Source: Harriotta raleighana | Lineage: Eukaryota | DNA length: 64,000 nt | NCBI GenBank assembly: GCA_050575255.1 | Contig: JBNZDD010013730.1 | Span: 6,903,498 to 6,967,497, forward strand | Reading direction: 5' to 3' | Shown: in pieces, positions 62,946 to 64,000 of the stretch | How positions within the stretch are numbered: the stretch's first letter is position 1 | How the letters are laid out: the number at the start of each line of letters is the position of its first letter | Program-made: the position numbers and the translations under genes | Notes under the pieces: generated by a model | Database searches by the model: none | What the model was told of the DNA's origin: nothing | The model's input: only the letters and a program-made list of their open reading frames with translations

Positions 62946-64000
62946 ATGATATTTGATTCAGATAATATTGTTTAGTGCAACACTTTGTAAAGCAGATGTG
63001 TTTTACTTTATTCGAAGCTCATACGCTGAACAAATTAAACTTTTTGAGGTCTTCACATTAGAAGTCGAAGCTTCCTACCACTAAGGAATTGGCCAATTGT
63101 TAAGCAACAATATTTAATACTTTTATAACTCCATATTATACATCAACTTACAAAGAGAAAAGTGACTGTTAAATTAAGTCTGTACGGTTGAATTAAACAC
63201 CCTAGTTTCCACTGATGAGCATTAGGGATCAGTAAAGAGATTGAAATCTTCAGCTATCACTCAAGGAATATGGATCAAGGAATATGGATCAATGGGATCA
63301 GCAAGCCATCAGACTGCTGAAAACAACTCAAGGCTGAAATGTCCCATTTGAACCATCATAGTCAAGGACCAGAAAGAAATCCAATTCACAATGAATAGTT
63401 ACTACTAGTGGAAGCGTACATTTCTCTTTTACAGGTCAATATATGTTTACATGCACAACTCAATTTCCTTACATATTTTGGCACAATTCAGCTGATTTTT
63501 CCTCTGCAAAACCAATTCTTAGCCAACGTTGGAGCATATCTGTTTTGTTTAGCGAATACGAAGCGCAATTTGAAGAAATGTTGGTGTCAAATTATACATG
63601 AATGCCATTTCATGGATCTGTACAAAGAATGTCAGAAACTCGAACATTATAAACATATTTTTTCAGTGAAGGAAATATGGCATTCATGGACATCAGAATT
63701 TTAATATGGATTGACTATAGAGTACTTCCTCCAATTATTATTCAGCACTCTCCCCTTACATATAAAGTTGTCTTGACAGGTTATTTATTTTCAGCTGTGT
63801 TCCTGAAGAAATGGGTCAATTTTGAAATTGAAGGGGTCAGATTGAGCTCGCATTTTGCATTGTTGCAAGTGTTTTTTTTAAAATAACATGCAAATAGCAC
63901 TTGCCAGAATTAATCGTACAAGTGCAGAGGTCAGTTTTGTGCTGCAACACTTATTAACTTCCAGTTGACAAGCAAATCAGTGCAGAGCAGCAGGTCCCCT

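Overview
AT-rich, CpG-depleted vertebrate genomic DNA with no recognisable protein-coding gene; it reads as intergenic or large-intron sequence. The repeat content (about 20 copies of a tRNA-headed, Deu-domain, L2-tailed SINE ending in (ATT)n, many L2 3' ends with (GTT)n tails, CR1 3' ends, Penelope-like relics) points to a cartilaginous fish, most likely the elephant shark Callorhinchus milii (inference from recalled repeat families, no search run). The only clearly homologous protein fragments are LINE ORF2 C-termini (L2 at about 34.4-35.0 kb and 52.7-53.3 kb, CR1 at about 8.0-8.2 kb). Non-repeat signals worth follow-up: a CpG-rich promoter-like island at about 19.2-19.7 kb with a doubled palindrome; exon-like segments with good splice sites on both strands that I cannot assign to a known gene; a frameshifted roughly 163-codon minus-strand ORF at 61.3-61.8 kb with a codon-like internal repeat; two old inverted-repeat elements; and a SINE whose middle is replaced by a perfect 64-bp copy of nearby DNA. 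I cannot support a new multi-gene system from this sequence. Repeat boundaries are approximate and all alignments were done by eye.
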